A stretch of DNA of 64,000 nt from the human T2T-CHM13v2.0 reference genome, Homo sapiens. Of this stretch, positions 13,740 to 27,384 are shown in pieces. Within the stretch, counting starts at the first letter, position 1. Each line of letters starts with the position of its first letter. The notes under the pieces are model-generated. The model did not search any database. It worked only from the letters and a program-made list of their open reading frames with translations, and had not been told where the DNA came from. The stretch lies in assembly GCF_009914755.1 (NCBI RefSeq), contig NC_060937.1. The stretch is one strand, 5' to 3'. Both the position numbers and the translations under genes were made by a program.

Positions 13740-14200
13740 ATGGATATGAGAGTAATTAAGAAGGAGTTAGCAGCGATGGGACTTTGTGATTGACTGGATA
13801 TAGACAATGAGGAATATAGTGAAGGAAAGATGATTTCCTGATTTCTGGCATGGGCAGCTGAGTAGATGGTTATGCTATAAACTAAGAAAGGAGAGAAGGA
13901 TAGGAAGAGATGGGCCTGGAAGAGTATGGAGTTTGAGATGAGAAGAGAAAATGGAAACTCTGAGGAGCACAGAAAATTAAGGCCCAAGTGAAGAAAGATG
14001 AGCTTGCAGGGAAGACTGGGTGATGACAAGCGGTGTAGGAGAGAATCCGGGTACTCTGTTTTGCTGAAATGAGAAAGACGGACATACAGATGCATATAAA
14101 GGCATATAGAGGCAGATATATTTATATTTGAGGAAGTCTGGACATTGAGTAAGTTAGTGCTGATAACTTCTAGTTTCTTAGTTAAGAAAGAGATGAGGTT
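13740..14200 (-). mobile_element. L2 fragment
   Basis: Purine-rich antisense L2 text ('gatgatttcctgatttctggcatgggcagctgagtagatgg'); explains the spurious 174-aa ORF. Confidence 0.6.
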
Positions 14201-14274
14201 ATCTATACGGAGTAAGGAGGAACGTGGTGGTGCCGTTGCTACTACGGTGTAATACGTCACTACTATTACTATTA

Positions 14275-14650
14275 ATTATGGTGTAATACCTAAAACGTAG
14301 TGGCTTGAAATAACAATAATTATCTTTTATCTCTCACAGTTTCTCTGGGTCAGAAATTTGAGGATAAGGTGGTGAATGATTCTGGCTCAAGGTCTCCCAT
14401 ATTGTTGTGATCAGTGGCTGGAGCCAGAACAGCAGAGGGCTTAGAGAATCTAGGGATTGGTCAGATGTCGCTTTCGTTTTATCTGGCTTTGAGACCTCTC
14501 CAATGTGAGCTAATTTAGGCTTCCTCATAGCGTGGTAACCTCAAGGTATGTGAACCGTGTAGCGGTTGACGCTTCCAAGAACAAGTATTCTAGCAGGCAA
14601 GGTTCATCTTTTATGCTTTAGGCATGGAAATTACATAGCGTCACTTTCCC
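14275..14650 (-). mobile_element. MLT1 (MaLR) LTR fragment
   Basis: 'tagtggcttgaaataacaata...ctcacagtttctctgggtcagaaattt' is reverse-strand MLT1 text. Confidence 0.7.
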
Positions 14651-15857
14651 TAAAATGAGAAAGGATATAGCATGTTTGGACAGTACGAACCAGTATCACC
14701 TAATTGACATTAATAGACCATCCTATCCAGCAATGGCAGAATACATACTTTTTCAAGTGTAGATGGAACATTCACCAAGGCAGATCATATTCTGGGCCAT
14801 GTACAAAAAAAACTGAGAAATTTAAAAGGATTAAAATTACAGAAAGCATGCTCTCTGACCACAGTGGAATTAAGCTAGAAATAGAAAACAAAAAATTATA
14901 TAGAAAATCCCCAAATATTTGGAAATTTTTTATTTTTGATTTTTTAAAATTGTGTTTTTTAACCAATGAAAAATAATTGTATTATCTGTGGAGTACATAG
15001 TGTTGTTTCAATACATATAAAGTATAGTGATCAGATCATGGATATTAGCATATCAGTCATTCCAGACATCTATAATTTTTGTGTAGGGAACCTTCAATAT
15101 TATCTTCCAGCTATTTGAAACTACATAATATATTATGGTTAATTACAGTTTTTCTATTGTGGTATAGAAATTAGATAATATACTCTTTTAAAGTCCATGG
15201 GACACAATGAAAAATAATTAGAAAAATTAGAACATACTTTGAACTGATTGAAAATTAAAACACAACATATCAAAATTTGTGAGATGCAGCTAAAGCAGTA
15301 CCTACTGAAAAATGTATGGGATTAGATACTTAAAAAGTAGATGTTAAACCAACGTCCTAAGCTTCTGCCTCAAGAAACTTAAAAAAAGAGCAAGCAAAGT
15401 AAATCCAAAACAAGTAAGGGAACAATAAAGATAAGATTAGAAATCAATATAGTAGAAAAAAGGGAATTATAGATACAACCAAAGAAACAAAAAAACTGGT
15501 GATTTGAAAATAGCAATAATATTGATATAGGCCTCTGATCAGACTCATCAAGAACAAAAGAAATAATATACACACTACCAACATCAGGAATGAATTTGTA
15601 GGAACATTCCTACAAATCCTACAGACACTAAAATACAATAAGAAAATATTATAAACAATTTATGCTTATAAATTTCATTACCTAGGTGAAAAGTACAAAT
15701 TTTTTCAATGATTCAAACTGTCAAAGGTCACTCAAGATGAAATAGATAACCTGAATAGCCCTGTATCTATTAGAGTAATTGCATTCATAGTTTAAGATCT
15801 CCTTTCAAATAAATTCCAGACTAGATGGCTTCTCTGGTGAATTTTACCAGACATTTA

Positions 15858-16331
<474 letters not shown>

Positions 16332-17298
16332 TCATTTCATGAGGTCTACATTACCCTGGCACGACACCAAACTTGATAAAGGCATTTAAATAAGAAAACT
16401 ATAAACTAATGTCCCTCATATATATAGATGCAAAAATGCTTAACAACATTTTAACAAATTTAATTTAGTAATATAGCAAAAGAATAATACATTATGGTCA
16501 AGTAAGATTTTTCACAAGAATGCAATGTTTGTTTAATATTCAAAAACCAATTAATGCAATTCACCATGTTAGCAGATTAAATTTAAAAGCCCATCTGAAT
16601 TAAAAGCATTTAACAAAATTCAATATTCATTTACAATAAAAGCCCTCAGCAAGTCAGAAATAGTCAGGAAATTCCTCAATCTGAAAGGAAGCATCTATGA
16701 AAAGCTTACAGCCATCATCAAACTTAATGGAGAGAGGCTAAATGCTTTTTCTGAAAGGTCACTAACAAAGCAAATGTGCCCACTCTCACTACTTCTATTC
16801 AACATTAAATTGAAGATCTTAGCCAGTGCACAATGGCAAGAAAAAAAAAAGGCATCTAGACTGGAAAGAAATAAGTAAACCTGTCTTTTAATCACAAATG
16901 ACAGTATCACTTACATAGAAAATCTCAAGGAATATCCCAAAAAAGTTACTAGGATTGAACTAATGAGTTTAGCAAATTTGCAGGAGACAAGATCAGTATG
17001 CAAAAATCAGTTGATTGGTTTTATTGTCATATAATAACAATAATCAATTGAAAATAAAGATTCAAATGCCATCAAAAGTGTGAACTTTGTAGGGGAAATA
17101 GTTTTAAAAGTACAGGAGAAAAACTGGCTGAGAGAAATTAAGATCTAAGTAAAAGAAGAAATACACCATTTTCATGGATCAGAAGACAATTTTGTTAGGA
17201 TGACAATTCTCCCCACATTGATCTATGGACTCAACATAATCCTAGTCAAAATTCAAGTGAGCATTTTTATAGAAATTTGAAAGCTTATTCTAAATTTT

Positions 17299-17785
17299 TG
17301 TTGGGAAACCGTCCTCCATGTGTCTCTTGTACTGCTTGCTACACATCTTACTTAGAAGGCTAAGAAACCAAGCCCTGATCATTTCTTATCACGTTTGTTT
17401 CTTACAGTTGTGTTTGCAGAGAGCAACTTTGAGGTATGAGATAATGTTTCACTCTGGGACAAAGAACAGGCTTTCTTACAGCTTGATATAAAACAGATGA
17501 ATTCCCCAAGTCCAGTGTACCTCTTCTGCAATGCAACCAATTGCATGTACAGGCATCCATCTGGGCCCATGTCACATCACCCTATGGGTCTTGGGGATGG
17601 GGAGCAAGGGAAACTGATGTGGATGATAATGCTCATAATGCTTACCATGCCATGGGTAATAGAGTTCTTTGCCATAGACCTAGGATTCTTGAGGGTTTTT
17701 GTTTTTTTTTTCCAGCTTCCATGAAACAGTAGTATAGGCTAACTTGTTAGCTTCCAAGTAGAGTAAAATCAAATCCCTGACACAA
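17299..17785 (+). mobile_element. Solo ERVL LTR (LTR40-like) inserted in L1
   Basis: Starts TGTTGGGAAACCGTCCTCCATG; ends near 'gtagagtaaaatcaaatccctgaca'; L1 ORF2 text resumes on both sides. Confidence 0.65.
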
Positions 17786-20589
17786 CAGTTAATTCAAAGT
17801 TCCTAAAGTAGCTAAAAATATTTCTTTTAAGTTGAGGCACTTGAATATTCTGGTTATGAAGCTATAATAATTAAGACAATATGGCATTGGCATGCGAATA
17901 GAGTCCAGAAATAGCAATCAATGGAACAGAACAGAGAGTCCAGAAATAGACCCATACAAATAAAATTAACTGATTTTCAACAATGTTAACAGGATAATTC
18001 AATGGGGGAAAGGATATTTTTAGCAAATGGTGCTGAAAACATATGATATCCATGTGCAAAAGAAATCATCTGGAGCCATACTTTAAACCTTATAAATAAC
18101 TCAAGATGGATCTCAGACCCAATGGTAAGAGCTAAAACAATAAAATTTCTAGAAGAAAACGGAAAATTTTTGTGACCTTGAGTTAGGCAAAGAATTTTTA
18201 GGTAGGACACAAAAAGCACAAATCACAGGTGAAAAATTGAAAACTTGGAATTTACCATTAAAAGCATCTTGTTCTTTAAAAGACACTGTTAAGAAAATAA
18301 GTATATAAGCCATGGGATGGGAGAAAATAATTGCAAAACACATATCAGGTAAGGGACTTGTATCCAAAATATGTAAAGAACACCTATAAATTAAGAATAG
18401 GAAGACAACCCAATATAAAGTGGGCAGAAGATTATACAGATACTTTACCAAATATGCAAATGGCCAGTAAGCACATGTTCAACATCATTAGCTGTTAGGG
18501 AAAATGCAAATTAAAACCACAATTTGCTACTGCACATTCCTGGAATAACTAAAATGAAAAAGTCTGAGAATACGAAGTGATGGTGAGAATGTGGAGCAAC
18601 TCGAATGCCCATATATTGCTTGTGGGGTTGCAAAATGGTACAACCACTTTGAAAAACAGTCTGGCAATTTCTCATGAAGTTAAACATGTACTTACCATAT
18701 ATCCCAGTAATTCTATTTCTGGATATTTGCCTAATATAAAAACATTTGTCTACAGAAAGACCTGAGTGTCATAGCAGCTGAATGCTCAATAAGCTGAATG
18801 TTTATGGCAACTTTATTCATAACAATAAAAAAAAACTTGAAACAATCCAAATGACCATCAACTGGGGAGTGGATAAACAAATTGTGGTGCATTCATACAA
18901 TGACATGCTACTCAAGAGTGAAAAGGACAAGACCATGGATACAAGCAACAAGGTGGAAAAACCTCAAAAGCATGATGCCAATAAAACTAGCTAGCGCTAA
19001 AAGATGTATATTGTATGGCTCCATCTATATGGCACCCTACAAAAGGCAAAACTACAGAGACAGAAAGTAGGTTGGTTTTTGCCAGAGGGTAGAGCTGGTG
19101 AAAGAGGATTAACCTTTGAAAAGGTACAGCAGAATTGTTTTGGAGTGGTGGAAGTATTCTATATTTTGATTGTGGTGGTAGGTACACAACTGTATCCTGC
19201 TAAAATTCCTCAGATTTAACACTTAAAAGTTGAATTTTATTGTATGTACAAATAGAGAATGGAAGAACAAAAGAATGAGGAAAGGAAGCAAGAAAGGAAG
19301 GAAGAAAGGGTGGGAGGGAGGAAGAACGGAAGGGAGGGAAAGACAAATTTCTTCTCATTCTTTATCCCTCTTTGAGATGCCTCTCTGTGGATCCTGTCAC
19401 CTCTACTGGGGAGCAAAAAGAACACAGAAGTTGGAGCCGACGGATCCCATGCCTAGCTGGGTAATTAGGCAAATCTCAGCCTCTGGAAATGCAGCTTCTT
19501 CTGTAACCTACCTCAGAGGGCTGTTGTGAGGATTGAATGGGGTAACATTTAAACTAACTGGCAAAAGCAGGTTCTCAATATATTAAAATTCACATGAAAA
19601 AGATAAACCAGGAAGGGAGTTGGCAGGAAGCCAGGAAGCCTCCTGTGTTCTCTGCAGGAGGCTTATCTAGTTCATCAGGATCTTGGGAACAGCTAGTCTT
19701 CCTCTGCTGCATTCTGAGAGTTAGGTGATGAGTCACCACCTCAAGAGGCCATCTAGTTCTGGCCGATCTATCTGACTGGATCGTGGACCCTAGGACCCAG
19801 CTAACTTGTTCTCCAGCCAATTTAGAAGAATGAGTAGCAAAAATAATATGGCAAGTATTTCTTGAAGTGCCCTAACCCTCTGTCCTTATTAGTGTACCCT
19901 GTCAGGAGTGGCCTGCCTTGACTTTCTGTCAAACTGGAGCAGCCTGAGACTAAGGGCAAATGCCCTCTTGGCCTTGGCCGGCCACAACTTGGATATGCAG
20001 GTCAGGCTTATTGTTAGGGAAGCTCTGAGACTCAATTAATCTGATGCCTTTTTATTATGAGTTCAGGTGCAGCTCCATTTACAAGTTTTTCTTTCAAAAT
20101 CATTCAGCCATTAAAGCTGCATAATCTTGGAAGGTTTTGAAGACGCATGATTGGTAAATGTTTTTCCCCTTCACACATTATCTCTCATGTTTATTCATGA
20201 AAAGTGAACCAGTCTTATAATTTAAACAGTGTCTTGGGGTATCTGGCCTCCTGTATTTCTAAGGGGGAGGAAAGATGAGGCTATCCCAGAAGCCATTTAA
20301 AAAGGGGATTTGAGGCCTGAACGCAGAGAACTCAATCCCAGGTACTAATGACCTTGCTTTGGCTTGCAAGACTAAGCCTGAGGCCTGTGGCACTTAAGAG
20401 GGTTACTGGGTACCCAGACAGGCAAATGCCTGTTGATTGGATGGCTAAATTGTGAAGAAAGCAAAGCTTACCTGTGCAATGTGTCCATGCCTTCATTCCT
20501 ACTTTCTGAATCAACTGTGCCTGTTATTGTTCTGCCCAACTGTTAAGATGTTCCACCTGTGCCTGCTCTTTGGCGCAGTACTCCAGGCT

Positions 20590-20945
20590 ATAGACCAACA
20601 TTTCTCAAACCTGGCTGCACATTAGAGTCATCTGGGGATCTTTTAAAAACCCAGCTGCCTTGGCTGCACATCTGATCATTACGTCAGACTCTTGTAGGGA
20701 GGAGTATAGACATCAGCATTGATTAAAACTCCTGAGATAATTCCAATGTGCAGTCAGGATTGAGAACAGCTGGTCTACACCAGTTCCTCTTGAAGTATGG
20801 TCTGTAAGTCACAGGCTGCAGAATCTCCTTGGATGTTTGTGGGAAATGCAGATTGCTAGGTTCACCAGCCCTATAGGCACTGAGTCTCAAGGTGAGATCT
20901 GGAAAATGTGTTTTAATAAGCTCCCCAGGTGATTCCTAAGCTTTT
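20590..20945. mobile_element. MER5-type hAT DNA elements (two adjacent; another at about 21705-21845)
   Basis: 'tttctcaaacctggctgcacattagagtcatctgggg', 'tttaataagctccccaggtgattc'. Confidence 0.75.
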
Positions 20946-22707
20946 TGCAAGTACCGCTGCTTCTTATGATATGGCCGTTCTTGCTTCCCATCAGTTATCC
21001 TTGTCTTTCAGTTCCTCAAAGATATCAAGTTTCATTCATCCTCAGGACCACTGCATATGATAGTCGCTCTACTTGGAAGACATTTTCCTCTTTCTCCTTG
21101 TTATTAGGCATTTGGCAGACTTAACAATGAGGCTATTGTAACCCCAGAAAGTCATTGCAAAGTGCCTGCTTTGGGGGTTAAGAGTAGACACTGCAGGGCC
21201 TTGGAATAGTAATGGTTTACTATTTAATGAGTTCCCTGTCACTGGAAGTCATAGAGAGATTGCTCCAGGCATGGTGGGAGAAAAGCCAGTTTGACAGGCG
21301 GTGGAGGGATAAGAGGGAAGACTTGAGTGACGTGGCACAAACTGGGTCAGATCTATTAAAGAGGCAGCCCTGGGCAGCTGGCAAGAGATCATGTCAAGAG
21401 ACACAATGCAGGTGCCAGCAGGACCAGAAGATCAGCTTCTTAGAGCGAGTACCACCTGGAAGGGGGAAACCAAGGGAAGGGGCACAGCAAAGGGCAAAGC
21501 TGGGTGGTGGAGGAAGTACCCAAACAGAGGGAAGAGCCACTCTGGCCACATCAAGTGAATACTGATGATCGGGAAACATTCATGGGAAGTTATTTCACTC
21601 TCTCGAGTCCAGTGTAAGTGAGAAAGTGTAATTTAATTTAAAAGAGCCTAATTTAGCCTTCCATCAACTGTAGATCTTTTAACGAGACCTTTATTCTTCT
21701 AGGATAGCATTTCTCAAACTTTAATGTGCGTAGGAATCTTATTAAAATGCAGATTCTGATTCAGTACGTCTGGGGTAAGGGCTGAGATTCAGCACTTCTA
21801 ACCGGCTCCTAGATGCCCCCGGTCTGAGCACTACACTTAGAGCAAGCAAGTTTGAACATTGCGACTTATAACAGTGGACCCATGGTGTAGACAAGTCCAG
21901 AAATGACTGCTGAATCAACAGTTTTTATGTTAGCTTCCGTATACCTTCAGAATTCAGTGTTTGTGTGCATTCTAATTCTCTAAATGATGTATATTAGATT
22001 TCCATTAACGAAAATATATGTTTAAGTGGAACTCTCCAATTCCAACTTGCCAAATAAAATAAAAAATTCCTGTCATTTTACTGACCTGTCTCTGAGTTGT
22101 TAATGGTGACATGCTGGGCAATGACTAGGTTACCTGTTTTTGTCCCTGGCCTGATGTGGGTTATTAAATATATGTAGATGTTAGGCATGAGAAAACATTT
22201 ACGCAGTTTTCTTTTTGTCACTCATTCACAGGCTCAGTTGGTAAACTGTCTTTCAGAAATAGGGAGAAAGCATACTGAGTAAGAGCCCTCTTTGACAGCT
22301 TAAAATTTAATTACAGGAATTTTATTAGGAAACTGTCAAAGTGACTAGATTGCATAAGAGGATCGGTCAATGCCTCTAACTTGTTCTGAGCATCAGCTCT
22401 GCTTTCTGGATCATGAAATTGGCAGGAACGTACTGGGCAAAACAATGCCAAGTTCACGAAGATAGCACTGCTGGCGTTTACTGCAAGCCCATCTGCACAC
22501 TGGGTGGAACAAAGAACAGAGGTCAGTGACGACAGGCATAGTAAATGTAAGGAAGGTGGGCCCAGGGCTCATCCCAAGGACTGAGAGCACATGGAAATGT
22601 CCCGTGCCTTAAGCCTCAGTCTGAAATAGGCTGATCTAAGGCAGGCTAAGAGTTTACCCGGTCTTTACAATGGAGATCACAACTGTGCTCCCAGGGACAG
22701 ACTAGGG

Positions 22708-22708
<1 letters not shown>

Positions 22709-22758
<50 letters not shown>
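22709..22758 (+). repeat. (TG)25 microsatellite
   Basis: Counted directly. Confidence 0.98.
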
Positions 22759-22762
<4 letters not shown>

Positions 22763-24229
22763 TGAGTCTAGGTGAACAAAATCACTAAGTTGACTGATAC
22801 TTTAAAAGGTCATATAATCCAATGCATTGCATCAGACCAACCCAGATGTCATAATTTCCAGACAGGAATCCATTCTATTCTAAATACTCCGCAGGTAGGT
22901 CTATTTCACAACTTATCTCACAATTACTTCTTTCTGTTCAGCATTTCCTACATTCAGGAAACATTTGTTTATAACTAATATAAATCAATTTTTTAAAACT
23001 TACGAAACTCTTACTAAAAATCTAGAAATGTCCCTGGTTCTGTAGGGAACAACAGCATGAGTAAGGCCCAGTTCCTGCCCACTTCTCATTCATCACAACT
23101 GAATTCTTCCAAAAACTTTTGTTGATCCTATATTCAGAATTAATTTTTTCCCTGAGGTCCCATGATATTTAATTTAGAAATTTGTTATCGCATTGATCAC
23201 ATTCTGCTTTTTATTATGGTTTATGTGTGCATGCGTGCTGGTTAACACGCTTCTTTAGACATAAAACAGAGAAGTTTGGATTGGCTAAAGCATCTGTCCC
23301 AGCTTAGGGTTTTTAATAAAATAACTTGAGGAAACTTAAGAGGATCCATGTCTGACTACCCAATGTGCTATATTTTTGCTAGAGAAGGAACTTGATAAGT
23401 ACCTGTTGAATTAAAATTAACATTCTGTGCTCAAGAAGTGGGTATAATATTATCCATTGTGGCCTTATTTTCGGGGCAGAAGATTAAAACAACTTAAATA
23501 TCTATTTAGAGACCACTGGTTAAATGGAGTTTGGTATGCCTATATAGTAGAAGACCATGTACCTGTTGGAAAGATTGAAGTAGGTCTGTATGCACCAATA
23601 TGAAACAGCATCCGAGACACGGTATTAAGTAAAAAAAAAAATGGAATAAAGAGTGATGTTTATGGTATGCTGATATTTGTTATAAAAAGGATGTGTGGGT
23701 GTGATATGTGCACAGAATATTTCTAGGATACAAAAGAAATTGTTAACAGTGGTTGCTGATTAGGAGGGGAATTTCAGTGCAGTCTAGTACAAATAGAAAG
23801 AAACAATATCTATAGCCTCTTGATATGTTGGGAACAGAGTGACCTCCTAAGTATAGAAGGTGCAGCAGTGTTTAGGCCAGGAAGGAGCTACCTCCAAGAA
23901 GAAGTTGCTGGTAAAGCCCGGACACACAGCTTAGGCACAAAAGCCCAGCTTCCCATCTGCTGTGTGGGTGGGTGGCTCCTCTGCAGGTCAAAGCGTGATC
24001 ATGCCAAATCGACGGCCAACTTCTCTGTCACAGCAGCCTAACTGAGGAAGTTGGCTGCAGCAGAACTCCTCTGCATCCCCGCAGTCCACCCCCACTTCTT
24101 CCCAAGTAAGGCCCCGCCAAGCTGGAGAGGAGATCTCGGGCGCTGCTCACCCCAAAGATTCCTCCTCGAATCAGTCTGGACATTGTTTTGCACCAATCCC
24201 CAAGTCTGACTTTGGTTTATGATCGGGTT

Positions 24230-24935
24230 TGTTGGGGCTCAGAAAAAAATGAAACCCCAAAGTGTGGCACTTTGGTGTGCAGAGTACTTTGAACTAAAGG
24301 AGACTGGAAAGCCTCCAAGGAAACCTCAGAAACAAGGTCTCCCTCTCCGATCTTCTCCTGCCCTCCTGTCTCCTCCTCTTCTTTCTCCCCTGAAGCAACT
24401 CGCAGAAAGCAGAATTCCTCTTTCTCAAGGAGGGTCATAGAAACTAGAACCCCTTTCCCCCAAAGCAAGCCATAAAACCCTAGAAAAATTACTCTAACCT
24501 TTCCCTGCCTTTCTGTGTAGACAGTGACGGTAAAGAAATTCTCTGACCTACCTTGCCTGATAGTAGGTAATAAGACCCTCATTCCAGGGGGGTCCTGCCC
24601 TGATCCCTGGAGGAAAAAATGCTACAGACTGCAGCCAAGAAGAATCGGAACACACAGGCCTTGCTGGGCTTCCCCTTCCATTTATTAGCCTTAGATCACA
24701 GCCTTTTGCCCAATCACATTTCTGCCTGGCCGTTCATTCTGCATTAAATCTAAGCATAAAAATGAACAGTTTTCCTTGGATCTTTGGGTTTTCATTTCTA
24801 AAAGCTCCCATGTCATGTAAAACTTTGATGAAAGAAATATGTTACCCTTTTCTCTTGTTACCCATCTTTTGTCATAGTATTGGCCGTGACTCTTATGATA
24901 GGTGAGGAAAGGTATCACACCTCTTCACTCCTACA
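24230..24935 (+). mobile_element. Solo ERV1 LTR (MER39/MER31-like)
   Basis: TGTTGGGGCTCAGAAAA start, CCTACA end, flanks GGTT/AGTT, CCAATCA at about 24710 and CATAAAA at about 24755. Confidence 0.75.
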
Positions 24936-25299
24936 AGTTCAGTGTATTTCTGAGTTTGGCTCTCAGCTTTAATTTTATTCCCTGCTTTGCCTAACGGAAA
25001 TTTATTCTTCAGTTTTTAGCTAAACTATTTCTCCTCAGACTGTTTCCTGTCATAAACTCATGTCTCACCCTGCCCTTCTTTTTATCACTCGTCACATCTG
25101 TTATTTTAATTGTTTAACTTCCGTCTTTCCTAAGACAGGCATCAGCTGAGCACAGTGCCTGTTTAGTTCATAGGCACATTCCTAAAACCTTGCACTGTGC
25201 CTTGCACATACTAGGCACTCGAACGTGTTGGAGGAATGAATGAATGAACGATTTATAGCACACTGTCAGCAAACTTTCAAAATGAAACATCCAGAGACA

Positions 25300-26972
25300 C
25301 CTAATATAGGGAACATTTTATTTGGAAAGATTTTGAGCATCATTCTCTTTTCATTTTTTATTAAGGCAGTAACATTCTTTCTTCCTGGAGGCGGAGGGGG
25401 GAAATCATCTGAGGCTACAGTAAGTTCAATCTGAAGTCAAAACCAACCAATTTGTATTCAGAAGCAGCAAAAATACTGGTTATGGGCTGGGAGGAGCCAC
25501 ATGTTGGCTTTCTGAGTCCACTGCCAAGGAACAGATCCAGAGCAATGCATTTCAATTGCTTTGAAAAATGGCTAAGTTCCATTACATACCACCACTAAAG
25601 AAGATACCTCATTGATGGAGCTTTTCACCATGATAGAGGGCGTCTTGCATTGGTTCACAATGGCCTGTTGCTTTTTAGCCTTCAGTTGGTTTAGGGGGAA
25701 ATTGCTCAACCTATGAGACCTGCTCAAATTCATACTGTTCTGGTTTTGCTTTGGAATTCTTTGTCCAGTAAATTAGCTCTTCATAACGCAGTTCCACCAT
25801 TTCTTATCCAGCATAGATTCATTCTGCCCTTGACAGCTGGCTAGGTGTGTGTGTATGTGAGTAGGGGTGCTATTGATTGGCACATATTGTCCCCCCTGGA
25901 GTTTAGGGGTGGCAGAAAGCTTTTATAGTACCAAAAAAGTAAACATTGATAATATGGCCTGACAACAATCAGATATGCTAAGCTCTAGAAGCAAAAGCAA
26001 GGTAGGATTGCCTCCAAATGTTGACAGGTATTAGCCATACCACAGTAACTAGATCTAATGTGAGGGCTAAATGCCTGGAGAGGCAGAACCCTAAAGGATG
26101 CTTAGTTATAGCTCCATGCTGCCGCCGAGTGGCTTGATGCTCCATTACACCCTCCTTGGATCCAACCTTCCATTAAGGCTGAAGGCTCTAGAGGGCAGAG
26201 TATTCAAGATGTTAGATCTGGTCCAAGCCCAAATTCTAGAGTTAAAAGCAGAGGGGTTCTTAGTGGCTGAAAAAAAACAAAACCTGATGACATTTGGGAC
26301 TCCAGTTTTGAGGAAAGGCTCTGATGATGAGGCTTACTTCTGCAGGCTACCAGAGACTCCTGAGACTTCAACAGCTTGACTGATTTATCACACACTCCAA
26401 GTGGCCCAGAGACAAGGACGGCCAGAAGAGATGGGCCCCCCCGGAAGGCATGGTTCCAAAAGTGTGAGGAGCAAAGTCATGGGAGGCAGGGTAGGAAGAG
26501 GGGACAGAAAGAGGGGCTTGCAACAGATCAAATGCTGACCTCCAGGAACAGGGTTTAGGGCAGGTGTGATGTTTCCCCTCCTGGCCCTCATCTTGAACAA
26601 AGAAAAGGGAAGCCACAAGAAGCTGGTTTGAAAGATTATATCAAAATTAATACCACTGCAGCTTCTATCCTTGGCTAATGGCAAAAGCGAGAAGGGTACC
26701 TGGAAAATAACTTCTTTCTTTTCCTCTAGATTTTCGAAGAAGCAAATAAATCAAGAATAGAAACCTATATATAGGAGGTTGGGCCTCCTGCAAAGAATGA
26801 AGCACTTTTTGTTAAATACAGGAGAGGCTACTTGGCTGCACTAATATGTGCTTTTTGGAATCTTATAGAGTGTCACCAAGTTGAACTTTGGAATGGCTTG
26901 AATCATCCCTGGAGCATCTGTGCCAGGCAGTCAGGAGTGAGTGCACCGCCTCCCACCCAGACCCATTGGGCC
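25300..26972 (-). other. LCP1: LCP1 3'UTR (about 1.67 kb)
   Basis: Unique sequence between the TGA stop and the AATAAA/GU-rich signal; 3' end approximate. Confidence 0.85.
25317..25362 (-). terminator. LCP1: LCP1 polyadenylation signals (two AATAAA)
   Basis: TTTATT on + at 25317-25322 and 25357-25362; GU-rich downstream element (GTGTCTCTGGATGTTTCATTTT on -) at about 25280-25301. Confidence 0.85.
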
Positions 26973-27105
26973 TCACACCCTCTTCATTCCTTTCCCCATG
27001 AGGCAGGCAAACACGGTCATGACCATTTTGGGGTTCACTTCAACCAGGTCTTCTGGCAGGGCATACACTCTTGCTCCAATTTTTCGGGCCATAGAGATGG
27101 CATAT
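26973..27105 (-). CDS. LCP1: L-plastin exon 16 (last), [10 protein letters not shown]...GKGMKRV*
   Basis: tttag acceptor, 133 nt through TGA; closes the 1884-nt CDS. Confidence 0.98.
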
Positions 27106-27384
27106 CTAAAAGGGAGAAAAGAGGAAAAATAAGGAGAGCCTGAGAAACACAACACGAATGGGACCCTGGAGGGTCACAGTCACAGTCGTTCCATAGTCAG
27201 GACAGAACTCACTCCTGCAGTGGCTGGAGTCAGTCACCAGCATCCTCACACTTTTGTGGACAAATTTTGGCTCAACCAAAGATTCTGACAAAGCATCAGA
27301 CTTGCTGGCTAGTCTCGTGATCATTATCAAGTGTATTATTTGTCCTTGGAGACCTCTTCAGCTCCTGCCTTTTTTTAAGTTAAG

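Noticed and set aside
13736-14260. 174-aa minus-strand ORF
   Set aside because: Low-complexity S/L/F-rich translation of an L2 remnant with a non-ATG start and no recognisable domain.
26098-26684. Several 60-98 aa ORFs in or opposite the LCP1 3'UTR
   Set aside because: Lengths are expected by chance and no known motifs are present.
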